A stretch of 64,000 nt of DNA from contig BQFW01000003.1 of assembly GCA_020891255.1 (NCBI GenBank), positions 1,054,001-1,118,000 on the forward strand, given 5' to 3'. Origin of the DNA: Entomortierella parvispora E1425. Taxonomy: Eukaryota > Fungi > Mortierellomycota. How positions within the stretch are numbered: position 1 is the first letter of the stretch; every line of letters starts with the position of its first letter. Below are positions 1 to 11,511 of the stretch, piece after piece. A program made the position numbers and the translations under genes. The notes beneath the pieces were generated by a model. It had not been told where the DNA came from. It made no database searches and saw only the letters and a program-made list of their open reading frames with translations.

Positions 1-1797
1 ACGTTACAGCATTGTCGACGATCTTTCTTGCATCCACAGCCTTGTAGCTCAAATCAGCCGCTGGTCCCAAAAAGTAGGTGTTGTCGACACTGCCAACAGC
101 AATTGCTCCCGCAGCCGTTGCAGGTGCTCCGTCTTCAAAGAGCCCCTCCTCTCCATCGTTTCCGTTGGCGATCGAGATATGAAGTCCCTTTCGGATGTAA
201 GCAGCACACGCGGTCGCAAAGGGCTCCTCGGGCCATCCTGAAGATCCTCCCAATGACAAGTTCACGACATCCATGCCATCCCCGAATGCACGTTTGATAG
301 CTGCCAAGAGAACATCATCTCCAACTTCTCCCTCACATCCAAAGACTCTGTAGGCGCCGAGGGTCGCATCAGGTGCAACCCCGACAAAGCCCTGGGTCCC
401 AAGTGCATTAGGAGCAATGTTCCTGGCCGCAACAATACCGGCAACATGGGTTCCATGACCTGCACAATCCATAGGATCCTTGTCTGGCCTGGGCGTGTCC
501 TTGTCAGTGTCACCATTATCATAATCATCACCGACAAAGTCGTAGCCAAAGGCAACCTTGCAGCCAGGACCAAAGCATCCTCCGAGAGCCGGGTGCGTGT
601 AGTCAATGCCCGTGTCTAATACAGTCAATAAAAAATGAATCAGACCATGGCTCGATCAGTAACCAGATAGTTTCTACGCTGTTTTTTTTCTTTTTCTTTT
701 ACCAATGATACCGACTTTGATCCCCTTTCCTGTCAATCCTAGTTTCTCGCGTGCCATTTGAATGCCAGTTAAGATATGCGCTGACTCGAGAGTTGGCCGC
801 GTCAATTGCAAGGATCCGAGCGGTAAAGCTCTTGGTCTCTTTCGTGTGCGCTATCGACGATAACAATGGAAATAGAGAAGGTGCTTATGTCAGTTTGAAA
901 TTCTTGCGTCACTGACTTTGTTGTTGTCTCCTGATAGGGAGGGGCAATCAAGCTTACCACAGGGTAGATGCCGATGACACCATTCATAGCCGCGATCTCC
1001 TCCAGTCCATCGCCACTGCCCTCAAGTTTGAAAGAGATCACATTCAAGACGTCGTCCTCATCCATGCCAAACTCGTGTCGGATCGTTACTCTGCCATCCG
1101 GTAAAGCCAGCAGAGCTTGAGTGACGACCCGATGCTGTTCTCGAGCATCTGCGGTTCCAGGAGGGGCAGATAGTCGAGCATAGTAGGTATTGGTCTGTAC
1201 ATGCCGAGAGGGTTTCCCGATCTTGGTCGTGTCTGCGTCTCCCGGCGCCTTCTCGTGCTCGTCAATCTTGGGTGACAGAGGAGGGGGAGGAATAGCAGAA
1301 GGGGCCGCTTCTGTGGTAGGCAAGGGTGCATCCTCAACAGCAGGAGTGCTTTTGGGACTAGGTGCCTCCTGTTGATCCACTTCATGCTCCTGGTCCTGGG
1401 GTATATTTTCTTTGTTATTGTCCTTTAGATCGCCGGTAATGATCCTAGCCTGAGGAGAAGGGTCCATAGGAGACCCCTTTACGCTGATGGAACCTTTATC
1501 CTCTACTGCTTCATCCGCCGCCACCACTTCTTGCGCCCTGTCCTCTTTGTCTGCTTCGAGATCCAACTGTTCAACCGAGAACGCGCTCTGGCCTGATCTG
1601 CTTGCAAAATCATCCAAAGGCGAGTCCCCGACAATGGGTTGGAAGTTGGATGGAGGTGACTCTGGTGCTGTAACTTCCAGAGCACAGACGGCTCCTATAC
1701 GGTTGCCCTTGTACATCAACCATGGTGGCACGTTGATGGCCAAGAGGACGAAGAAGAGCACGACAGGGGTCCGCACCAAGGGTCTGTTCCGCTTCAT
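1..1797 (-). CDS. Secreted subtilisin-like serine protease (S8, Vpr/PoS1-type); 3' end runs off the window
   Basis: Signal peptide MKRNRPLVRTPVVLFFVLLA, then an acidic/Pro linker and an I9-like prodomain. Introns at ~957-851 and ~702-616 join the frame into [52 protein letters not shown] and VVNLSLGG..ANGNDG. Catalytic Asp and His are seen; the Ser lies beyond the window. Confidence 0.92.
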
Positions 1798-2317
1798 TGT
1801 GATCCCGAAAGACTGCATATGCTGTTTCCAAAGATTCTGTTCTGTGGATAAGCCCTGAGCGAAGAGCAGGGAGGAGGAAGTAATAGGAAATAGGAAGTAT
1901 CGATGCGAAGAAGACGGATGCTTCGTGCAATGGATGGTGATTACTGTGGGTGGGTTGGACAAGTGTAGGGTTGGATTGGAAGAAACAAAAACGCTGAATC
2001 CTTTGAGGGACAGGAGAAGGACAAAAAAAGAAAAGAAAAAAAAAAGGAGGGGTGAGAGTAAAGTGGACACGGATTCTGTTTCCCCCAAGAACTCACGGTG
2101 GGTGCAATATGAGCCCTGCGATCCGTGCTCTCTTCTGCCCTGTTGTTCTCCCTCCCCTTTGGAGCCTTCACCCCTTTAATCTTCTCAGCGCGACCAACTT
2201 GACTTTCTGCAGAACGCGCTTTTATTTTTTGCGAGTAAGGGGTAGCAATGTGCAGCGATGTGCACGCAATATAAGCGTGATTAAAACAATAAAGCAGTGA
2301 ACAGGAAGGACATGGTA

Positions 2318-5300
2318 TTAAGGATTGTTGGTCGTTGCCAGGAACGGATGCCGAAGGGCCTCCTCAGCCGTGATACGTTCCTTTGGGTCAAGGGCTAAAA
2401 GTCGTTCCAGCAAGCTCACTGCTACCTCGAGTTCTTCTTGGCTGTCCCAGCCCACAATGCGTTTCAGGACTTTTGCTGGCTTATGTATCGCCTTTGTATC
2501 GCGCGTTTCGTTCGAGGCAGTATCTTTGGTCTTATCTGATTTGGCTAGAGTTTGTGAAGAGCTGATGGTGTCCTTGGTTCTATCCACCTTAACTCGAGTC
2601 TGTTCTGGACTGGTGGCGTCCTTGCTCATGTCTGTTTTGAGTAAAGTATGTCCTGAACTGTTGATATCCTTTATCTTGTCTGTTTTGAGCACAGCCTGCT
2701 CCATATTGGCGGTGTCCTTGGTCTTTTCTACTTTAAGTGGGATCTGCTCTGGGTCATCATTGATGGGTAATGACTCTAGTACCTTACGAAGTGGTACCTG
2801 TTGTTCAGATTCGGCAATCTCAGTCTCTTTTGTAACCAATGAAGGATCTATATCAAGTGGTCGCTTCAGTTTTTGCTGTCGATGTGGATGCTGAGATGAC
2901 TTGGGTGATACGCCATCCGCTCTTTCTGGAGGTGACATGACAGTCGCTGACCCTTGTACAGACACTGAGGGCTGTGGTGGTGGTAGTGGTCGAGAGCTGG
3001 ATGCTGAGGGCTGATGTGGTGGTCGAGAGCTGGACGTTGAGGGCTGTGGTGGTGGTCGAGAGCTGGACGTTGAAGATTGATGTGGCGGTCGAGAGCCAGT
3101 TGCTGAAGGCTGACGTTCTGGACGTCCTTGGGGCCGAGGTTTTGAAGACTGTGATTTCGAGACATATCCATCAGGCGGTCCAAATCGTTTAGGATATAAT
3201 AGCCTGACGATCCGAAGAAGCGATATTGGGAGCTCCTTAATGGATGGAACGTTGGTATCAAAGGAACGATCTATCGCAGGGCATGGATATGTTAGAATCT
3301 CCAAGAAACTTGCATGCATTTCGAGATTCTTTTCAAACACTTACTGAATTTGGCAGCAACGCTCTTCATCTCGCGATTTCCAAAGAGGACCCCAATTTCT
3401 AAAATCGCCTCCGCATCGTCCGCCGAGTTGAAGAAAGGAAATCGTCCGGTTAAAATGGAGATCAGAATCACGCCTACAGACCAGATGTCCAAAGCTGGGT
3501 GCAAAAAGATGTTCAGGCGTTAGTTAATAGACCATGATATAAATTTGCTATATGGTGCAGGACCAAAAGGCTTACCAACAGTTTGACGAACATGTCTGAA
3601 GAGGATCTCAGGTGCGCGGAATCCCCGAGTTCCAGCGCGGTTGACTCTCAGAGATGGCCTGTTGTCCTTTTTGAGAAAACCTGGCTCTCGATTGGTTGCG
3701 GTTATGGATGTCTGTGGGATCACCGCCGCAGAAGGCGACGTCGAGGGGAGCGCTGTCGAAGGGCTGGGTCGGACATGGTTAACCAGATTTGGCGTTTGAG
3801 AAGCCGGTATAGCCTGTAGTGCCTGCGTTGTGGTTGTGTTTGGAACAAAAACTGTCCTTTGTCGAGACGGTTGACCAGAGCCAGTCTGCCCTTCTTCGCC
3901 TAGAACTGCGGTCTGACCAGTATGAGCACTTGGTTGAGTTAAGCCGGCCGTCGGAGCGGACTCGGTCTTTTTCTTTGGTGGAGATGGCTCTATGTTTTCT
4001 TTGTTCGACTGGCCCTTTGCATGTTTGACTCCTTGTTGCTCCACAGTAGCGACAGCTGATGATCCGGATGCGGTTGCTCCTGCATCTGCTCCTGCCGTCG
4101 TGACTAACACAGCTGCGCCTGAACTGGTTGACTTTGGGACAGTAGCACCAGATCTGGGTGTTGTGGCCATAGTCGTACTCGATGAGTCCTTTTGTTTATG
4201 AGCCAATCCGAAATCAACGAGTACTCCTGTGCGCTTTTCCAAATCATACAGAAAATTGCTGGGCTTGACATCTCGATGAATAATTTTGTGCGAGTGAACA
4301 TGTGCCAGGGCTTTGAGCAGTGCACGCAGATAACAGCGGATGTCATCCATGGGTAAAGTGCGGTAGTAAGACTGAGAAAAGAAGAGAAATCGTCAGTAAA
4401 TGTCATAGAGTCTAATCCTGAAAAAATATCCTCATCTCGCTACCCTTACCCTAAAGTCTTTGTGCTCAAAATATGGTAGCACAACAATCACCTGGTCTCT
4501 ATACCGAAAGGCAGTGATCAGAGGTACGACATTCTTGTGGCCGCTACAGTTGGTCAGGATGTGTTAGAGCTGCGTCGATTGATTGAGAACAGAAATTAGA
4601 CAGATCAAGTATTATGAATACCTTAGCTCGTGCAAGATACGAATTTCGTTCTCGATTCTCTTGGGACTACTGGTGACATAGATCCTCTTGATTGCAACCA
4701 CCTTGCCGGTTTCGGCGATATTCTTCTTTTCCTCCGCTGGCTCTTTGTTCGGTTTGTCTGCTTGTGAGGGTGGTCGAGGCTGTTCATCCATGCCATAGTC
4801 CCAGTGCGAGTTGCTGTAAGAATCGTGCTCGAGATCAACGGCTTTATATACAGAACTGAATGTGCCTGTAGGAAGACAATAAAGCGTCAATGAGATGCTT
4901 CTGTGATACGACTATACAATCTCCAAGCACGCCTTTTTGAGTCCTTACCTTCACCAATTTTGTCCAGCAGTTTGAACTTGCCTTCTAAGCCATTGAACCC
5001 CTGTTCAAACTCCTGCATCTCGCGTTTAATGTACTCGGGCACTTTTTCAAAAGGCTCTTCATCGCCTTCGTCCTGCGATGGTGGTTCTGATCTGTCTCGG
5101 TCAGCATGGTCCATGTCCCCAACTTCATCTGCAGCGGTGTCCTGAGGTGGTTCTAGGTGGGCAGGGTGCACTGTTTCCATGTCTTCCAGCTTGATATCCG
5201 TCCCCAAGACCGGTGGGTCCTGCTCCTCTAGTTTTTGCGAGTCGATCTTTTCCTGGTGGACAGCTTGGTGTCGCTGGGTGCTATTCCTGCTGGTGGACCT

Positions 5301-5795
5301 TGTGGACACTCCATCCTTGCCGGATCGTGGTGGTTTGGAGGATTCCATTGGCTCCACAGGAGACTGGTTGCCTTCCATAACCGGGGCCTCTTGTTCCTTT
5401 GAGTTTTTTTTTGATCCGTCCAAAAGTCGTCTATGTTTTTGTCCTGTCTCGTCGCCTTCTTGATCATCAGGCTCCCGCTCTCGTTTTGGCGGGTCAGAGA
5501 GTGGGATGGATACTATGAGTCGAGACTGTCGTTGAGGACTGGCGACACGCCTACTCCTGCTGATAGCCAAGCCCTCCTCCCTGATATTGACGCCATTGCT
5601 ACGCTCTGGCTCTATGGGCTCTGGGTAGTCGTTGGCCCTTGTCGAGCGCAAGTTACGAGTAGGAGAGTCCTGAACAACTGAGGTCGTCAGAGGTGCTTTT
5701 GGGGACTCTTGAGCAAGTCTGCGGGACCTCGTCCTTGAAGCTGGTGTAAGAGGAGGGACGGGGTCCCGTGCTTGGGACCTGGACGACGACGACAT
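2318..5795 (-). CDS. CDC7: Cell division control protein 7 kinase (multi-exon)
   Basis: LLDKIGEG-TFSSVYKAVD, VAIKRIYVTSSPKRIENEI, HRDVKPSNFL, LVDFGLA, NRAGTRGFRAPEILF, DIWSVGVILISILTGRFPFF, LDPKERITAEEALRHPF. Split kinase domain typical of Cdc7. Confidence 0.95.
2966..3098 (-). repeat. Degenerate ~33-nt tandem repeat inside CDC7 (about four SSSRPP(H/P)Q(P/S)S(T/A) units)
   Basis: The + strand repeats tgagggctg(t/a)...ggtggtcgagagctgga. Confidence 0.85.
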
Positions 5796-5948
5796 GAGAT
5801 GCGAAGGGCGACGACAGCAGTCAGGTCAAGTCTGGAGATGTCTTTGAATTAGAAGGGCAGTCCTGAAGGAAACGAATCGAGACTAGAGACAGAGATGCGG
5901 GCTGAACAGAGAGAGCGAGGTTGCGGGCGAGGAGGCAGGGAATGGAGA

Positions 5949-6229
5949 GAATGAGGAGGAGAATGAGGAGGAGAATGAGGAGGAGAATGAGGAGGAGAGG
6001 CAAAGCACAGCGTTGTTGCAAGCAGAGCAGAGCAGTGCAGTGCAGTGCAGTGCAGTGCAACAACAGTACAACAGGAACAACAGGAACGCGTTTTGTGTTT
6101 GACAGTCAGGCGCAGTGGGTGGCTCATCGGGGATCATCTGGGATAAATAATAAAATAAAAATTATTTAATCCGAGTAGTTTACTCGATGTTATGCACGTG
6201 ATTCATATATTAATCCAACTAATGCTCCC

Positions 6230-6269
<40 letters not shown>

Positions 6270-6321
6270 GCGCAGATCGCCCGTGCGCCGTTTTTTTTTT
6301 TTTTTTTTTTTCCTTTTCTTC

Positions 6322-6352
<31 letters not shown>

Positions 6353-6425
6353 CTCCTCCTCTCTCTCCTTCACCGCTCCATCCCCTCGGGCTGCATCCTC
6401 TCTCTCTCTCTCTCTCTCTCTCTTC
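5949..6425. repeat. Microsatellite cluster in the CDC7/eIF4E divergent intergenic region
   Basis: (gaatgaggagga)x4, (cagtg)x5, (ga)n, a run of ~20 T, (tct)n(tcc)n and (tc)n are visible directly. Confidence 0.9.
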
Positions 6426-6674
6426 CTCCCTTCTCCCCTCACGCCCCTCACCCCTCCTCACTCATACCCCTTGTGTCTCTGTCAGAGTATGTCGTAGATC
6501 TCTGCATGATTGTTCCTTGCATTCTGTTCTGTTCTTGAATGAATGAACTAGAGCTGACCCTGACACCCCACCAACCACTGCAACTGCCTACCGCCCATCC
6601 ATCTCCCTCCAATTGACCCCATCGCATCCGTCCTGATTGCCAGCTTTGCCCTTTTACTGAACATATTCACCGTC

Positions 6675-8395
6675 ATGTCTTCCCCTCAACAGATCATGCC
6701 TTCCTCGATCGCCTTCCAACAGAACCCCGCCGGAGCCATCGTCCCCGCCTCCGACGCTGCCGAGTCCAAGAATGGAGCCGTTGAGGTGACAGTGCCCGTC
6801 CCCTTGAGGAACGAGTGGGTGTTCTGGCACGACAAGTATGTTCTTCAGTCTGTCCTGGTTGATTACATTGCAATGCATTCCCTTCCATGCTCGCTTGCAG
6901 TCATCATCTCTAGCTCTTTTTTCTGTCTTTCTTGCCGCCCTATGTGCTGTTCCTGGAAAGGTTTCTCTTTCCTTGCATTCTTCTTTTGTGGTCTCGGATA
7001 TTAACTGGGGCATGCTTTTGCTTTCACCTCGCCTTGCAATCATCTAGGTTCGTTGCCAACGCCACCCCTGCGCAGTACACCGAGAACCTCAAGGAGATCT
7101 CTGATGTCAACACTGTTCAGGTACATACCCCCTCTATCGACCTCCTTCACTTTTTTTCCTTCTCAGGAGCGGCTCATGGACCTTTCTTCTGAAACGGGGG
7201 CGGGACTGGACTCGCCACAACGCTACTGCCGTCACCACATCATTCGTCGAGGACAGTGAGGCGCGAGCGTGGGACATACACACTCACAAAAAAAGAAAAC
7301 TCCGTTCGTCATCGGTCTTCTTTGAGCTGCGGATATTTACTTTTTTTTCTTGTTCGTTGTTTTTTGATTTCATCTCTAGACTTTCTGGTCCGTGTACAAC
7401 AACATCACTGGCCCAGAGCGTTTGGCATTGAGATGCTCGCTTCATTTCATTCACAAGGGCGTAAAGCCCTTGTGGGAAGACCCCAAGAACGAGCACGGTG
7501 GAGCATGGAACTTCAGGACAGCCAAGGCCGACACTGCCTTTGTCTGGCGCGAGCTTTTGATGGCCCTGATCGGCGAGCAGTTTGAGGACACCATCCACAA
7601 GGGTAAACAATCGCACCGACATCAACGGTCAATGTCGAAAATGATTTTTTGTGGCGCTAGCGGGCATTTTGTGGGCTGTGAGGCGTGATTGAGAGAGACA
7701 CAGAGAGCCAGGGAAAGTGGCAGGGAGGACAGGGATGACGCATGGAAAACAAAAAAACAAAAACGTGCACCTCCACTGGATCCACCCTGTCTGGCGTTGG
7801 ACATCCATCATGTTGTCGACCAATTGACCGTGGACAAACAACACAGCAGATCAACGCTATTTCTGCGACGCTTGGACTCATGGTTACAAAAAAAATATAT
7901 GAGCAATGACTCTTTGGAAAACTGTGCCTGGGAACACTAGGAAAGTTGGGAACGTTGGGCATCCTCTAGACTGCAAACCTGGAATCTAAACAGACTGGAC
8001 ATTATTGCACTGTTGAAACATGAAAAACTACCGGATAGTTCGGCTAACGGAGACCGACTTATATCTCTGATCATCCAATAGATGACCAGATCTTTGGATT
8101 GTCCGTGTCCGCGCGCTGGAACTCTGATATTTTCCAGATCTGGAACATGAACTCTGCATTGAAGGAGAACACTACCGTCATGAAGAAGGTTGCCGAGATT
8201 CTCAAGGGTGTCGAGATCCAGTCTCCATTCTATAAGGGTACGTCATTATGGCATGAACTCGTTACTGAGCGCCCGGCGCTCTTCCGCTCTTCCAAAAGGT
8301 CTTGTGCTCAAAACCTTCTTGGCTTGCTAACTGCTATGATGTCGATTTTTTTTTCTTTAACAGCCCACAAGGACCACGATCATTTCAAGATGTAG
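6675..8395 (+). CDS. EIF4E3: Translation initiation factor 4E, class III (eIF4E3-like)
   Basis: Exons ~6675-6835, 7048-7120, 7380-7602, 8082-~8239 and ~8364-8395. Protein: PLRNEWVFWHD..AQYTENL..TFWSVYNNI..LRCSLH..KPLWED..GGAW..VWRELLMALIGEQF..GLSVSAR..QIWN..FYKAHKDH. Confidence 0.9.
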
Positions 8396-8687
8396 ATGAT
8401 CTGTACTATTTTCACATTGCATATTTTGCCCGCCCGTCCTTCACCCACACGTCTCTCACATACAGCCATTCGCGCCGTCGCAACTCATCTGCGACTGTAG
8501 CGGTTATTCTTCATAAAAATTGTTTTTTTGCCATGACTGCTGGCCCATGACTGCTGGCCCATTTTTTTCAATCAATCAATCTCTCAAACCCGTTGTTTTT
8601 CATTTTCATCTTTTCAGCTCCAAACAGTGGACAGGAATGGATTCTGGGGTGAAAAGTTTGCGGTCGACAGTCTTAACTTTTCTTCTT

Positions 8688-11339
8688 TTAATATTGCCAT
8701 TCGCCGTCTTCACCAAGGTGCATGACAGGAAATTCGCCCAAAAACTTTCGCTTCTTGAGTCCCGTTGGGAAGTACTCCTGATCGACCTTGTAGCCCTCTG
8801 GGAAACTAGGGTTGTACTTGTATTCACTACCATAGCCCAGGTCTTTCATGAGTGATGTGGGCGCGTTTCGGAGATGGATCGGGACCGGATAGGCATATTC
8901 CTCCGAGACGGTCTGCTTGACGAGAGAGTACGCGTGGTATACATCTACCGACTTTTTAGCCTTTGCCATATACGCGACACAATGAGCTAGGTTCACGTCG
9001 CATTCTGGCATTCCAATAGTTTGACAGGCTTGATATGTGGCCATGGCCTAATACAATGGAGGGAGATCGAGTTAGTCGCCACCCAATCATTCCATCAATG
9101 GCAAAAGACAGCACCAACATAAAACCTCGAAGAAATCAATGTACCAATGGAAGTGCTGAAGGGTCTGCCAACCCGATATCTTCAGACGCTAGGCGAATAA
9201 GTCTGCGTGCGATATAGAGTGGTTCCTCTCCTGCCACAAGCATACGCCCAAGCCAGTACAATCCTGCGTCGGCATCCCTATTATAAAAAAAAATTGCGGT
9301 AATTAGACAAAGTAGACAAAATACTTGAGCACACCATCAATGAGGCCGTTTATCTCTTACCCTCCTCGAATAGACTTGTGCAGTGCACTGATAAGGTTGT
9401 AATGCTCGTCGCCTTGTCGATCGTATTGGAGATGGGTCTTTTGGAACGCAGATTTGACCGCCTCGGTTGTGAGCTTGGCATCCTTGAGTTTCTGAAAAAC
9501 GCCAAGGTCCGGTCGGTCCTTGACTTTAGGAATGTGCTCCAGCTCTGCAGGTAAAATTAAAGTCGAGAGACCCTGGATTGCAATCTCCAAAGTGTTCAAT
9601 GCCGATCGACCTAAAGAGCAAGGTTGTGTGGACGATCCTCGAAAGCATTAGTTCTACTGGACTGCATTTTGCCTGGGATAGTCGGACATGACAACACACA
9701 GAAACATGGCCAGGCAAATGACCTTACCGTCTCCGTCACTGAGATCAATGAGCCATTTGATAGCTCCATCCTCAAGAGTCCCATCCGCCCACTGGTCTAT
9801 TGACTTATCATCAAGAGCCAAGGTCCTATTACATTCCATCAACTCTGGGGCCGTCATGTGTTCTCGGGCCATGTCTAGTACATCTCTCCATTTGATCCGA
9901 CTCGCCCTCCGGATCATCCTGTCCATGCCGTCCTGCAATGATAACTTTTCTAACGTCAGCACTCTACACCGTGATAGAAGCGCGGAATTGATGCGGAAGC
10001 TGGGATTTTCGGTCGTGGCACCAATCAGGGTGATGGTTCCTTTTTCAACAAAGGGCAAAAAAATATCCTGCTGTGATTTGGTGAACCGATGGCTGCGGAA
10101 TGAGATAATGTGTTGTTTTGAAATTAGTCAACTACTGCAAAAAAAAATCAAGGACTCTGTATACGAGCCACTTACATTTCATCCAGGAAAATAATTGTCC
10201 GCTGCCTTGTCAGCTGGAAAAGATTCTTGGCATCCTCGAATGCTTTCCTATATAGTTTGTGCGGATGTAAGTATCGAGAGCAGGACTTTTCTTCATATGT
10301 TATCCAATATGGTAGCTCCATACCTGACATCAGCGACACCGTGAGTTGTAGCGCCCATCTCCTTGAACTGAGCTTTGGTTGTATTTGCAATAATCCTTGC
10401 TAAGGTGGTCTTTCCTACGCCACAGGGTCCCCAGAGAATAATAGATCTAATTAAACAGATGGAAGGTGTAAGAATATCGTCATAATCAAGAAACAGTGAG
10501 CAAAACATCGACGAATTCCTATACTCTTACGGGACTGTGTCTTGCAAAACCAAGGCTCTGAGTACTCCACCAGGTCCGATCAACTCCTTTTGTCCAATGT
10601 AATCGTCCAAGGTTGCTGGTCTGGCTCTCTCGGCTAACGGCATAGCTCGTAGCACTGCAGCGTTCGCCTTATATTTCCGAGACTGATAGGACGACTGATC
10701 GGTAAATGATGTTGACGAGGACAACGCGGGTGTCGGTGGTGCTGGCTTCCGAGCGTTGTTCTTATAGTCCATGCCATCCGATAATAGATCCGGACCATCC
10801 AGATCTGCAAAGTCATCTACCTCTTCGTGTTTCCGCTTGGACGACGTTGGCTGTGACTAAATACGATCGGTGTGGTTAACTCAGTGGTGATATTGACAGG
10901 ATACGGTGATGATCCCCGGACGAGTGATCAGAAGTACGACATACCAGAGCTTCGGCAACACTTTCCATCCCAGTGCACTCATCGTCCAAATGTTTGTTCA
11001 CAAACCTGCATGATCCGAAAAAAAAAAATCAGAACTAAAAGTGTAAGTTGAAGTACACAGCAACGCAGCAAGAACAGGAAGGAGGTCGTTAGCTCACCAT
11101 TCTGGGATTGACTTTTCACAGATTGGACATGGTACTATTGGGTAGTGGAGGTAGCAAAAGTTGTCCCTGTCAGTTTGAACTCTTGAATCCTTCGGCTCTT
11201 GACATTCAACCACCAACTCAACGCGCATGCACAACTGACCGAGACTTGAGGCCGGAGTATTGCTTGGGACGGATGTCTTTTGCGTTGCTGAATGGGCAGA
11301 GGCGGGCTTCTTAGCCTTTGGACTGTGGAATGGGTGCAT
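8688..11339 (-). CDS. MGS1: DNA-dependent AAA+ ATPase Mgs1/WRNIP1 (RarA family) with N-terminal UBZ zinc finger
   Basis: [100 protein letters not shown]. Confidence 0.95.
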
Positions 11340-11511
11340 GAATTTGATCTTGAAGTTAATGACAGAGAAGAGAGGCTGAGTGGGCACCATGTGCCATCAA
11401 TGAACCAACGCCGCCAATTTTCAATGAAATGACTGCGCCAGAGAAATCTGGAATAAAAATATCTATTAGTTATTAATAATCACGATTTTTTATTTCAACA
11501 TGCAATGGCTA

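Noticed and set aside
6086-6091. MCB element ACGCGT upstream of CDC7
   Set aside because: A single 6-mer, expected about 16 times by chance in 64 kb, and also seen at unrelated sites.
5821-6546. Low-complexity ORFs (poly-S, poly-E, poly-F, ER repeats)
   Set aside because: Translations of microsatellites.
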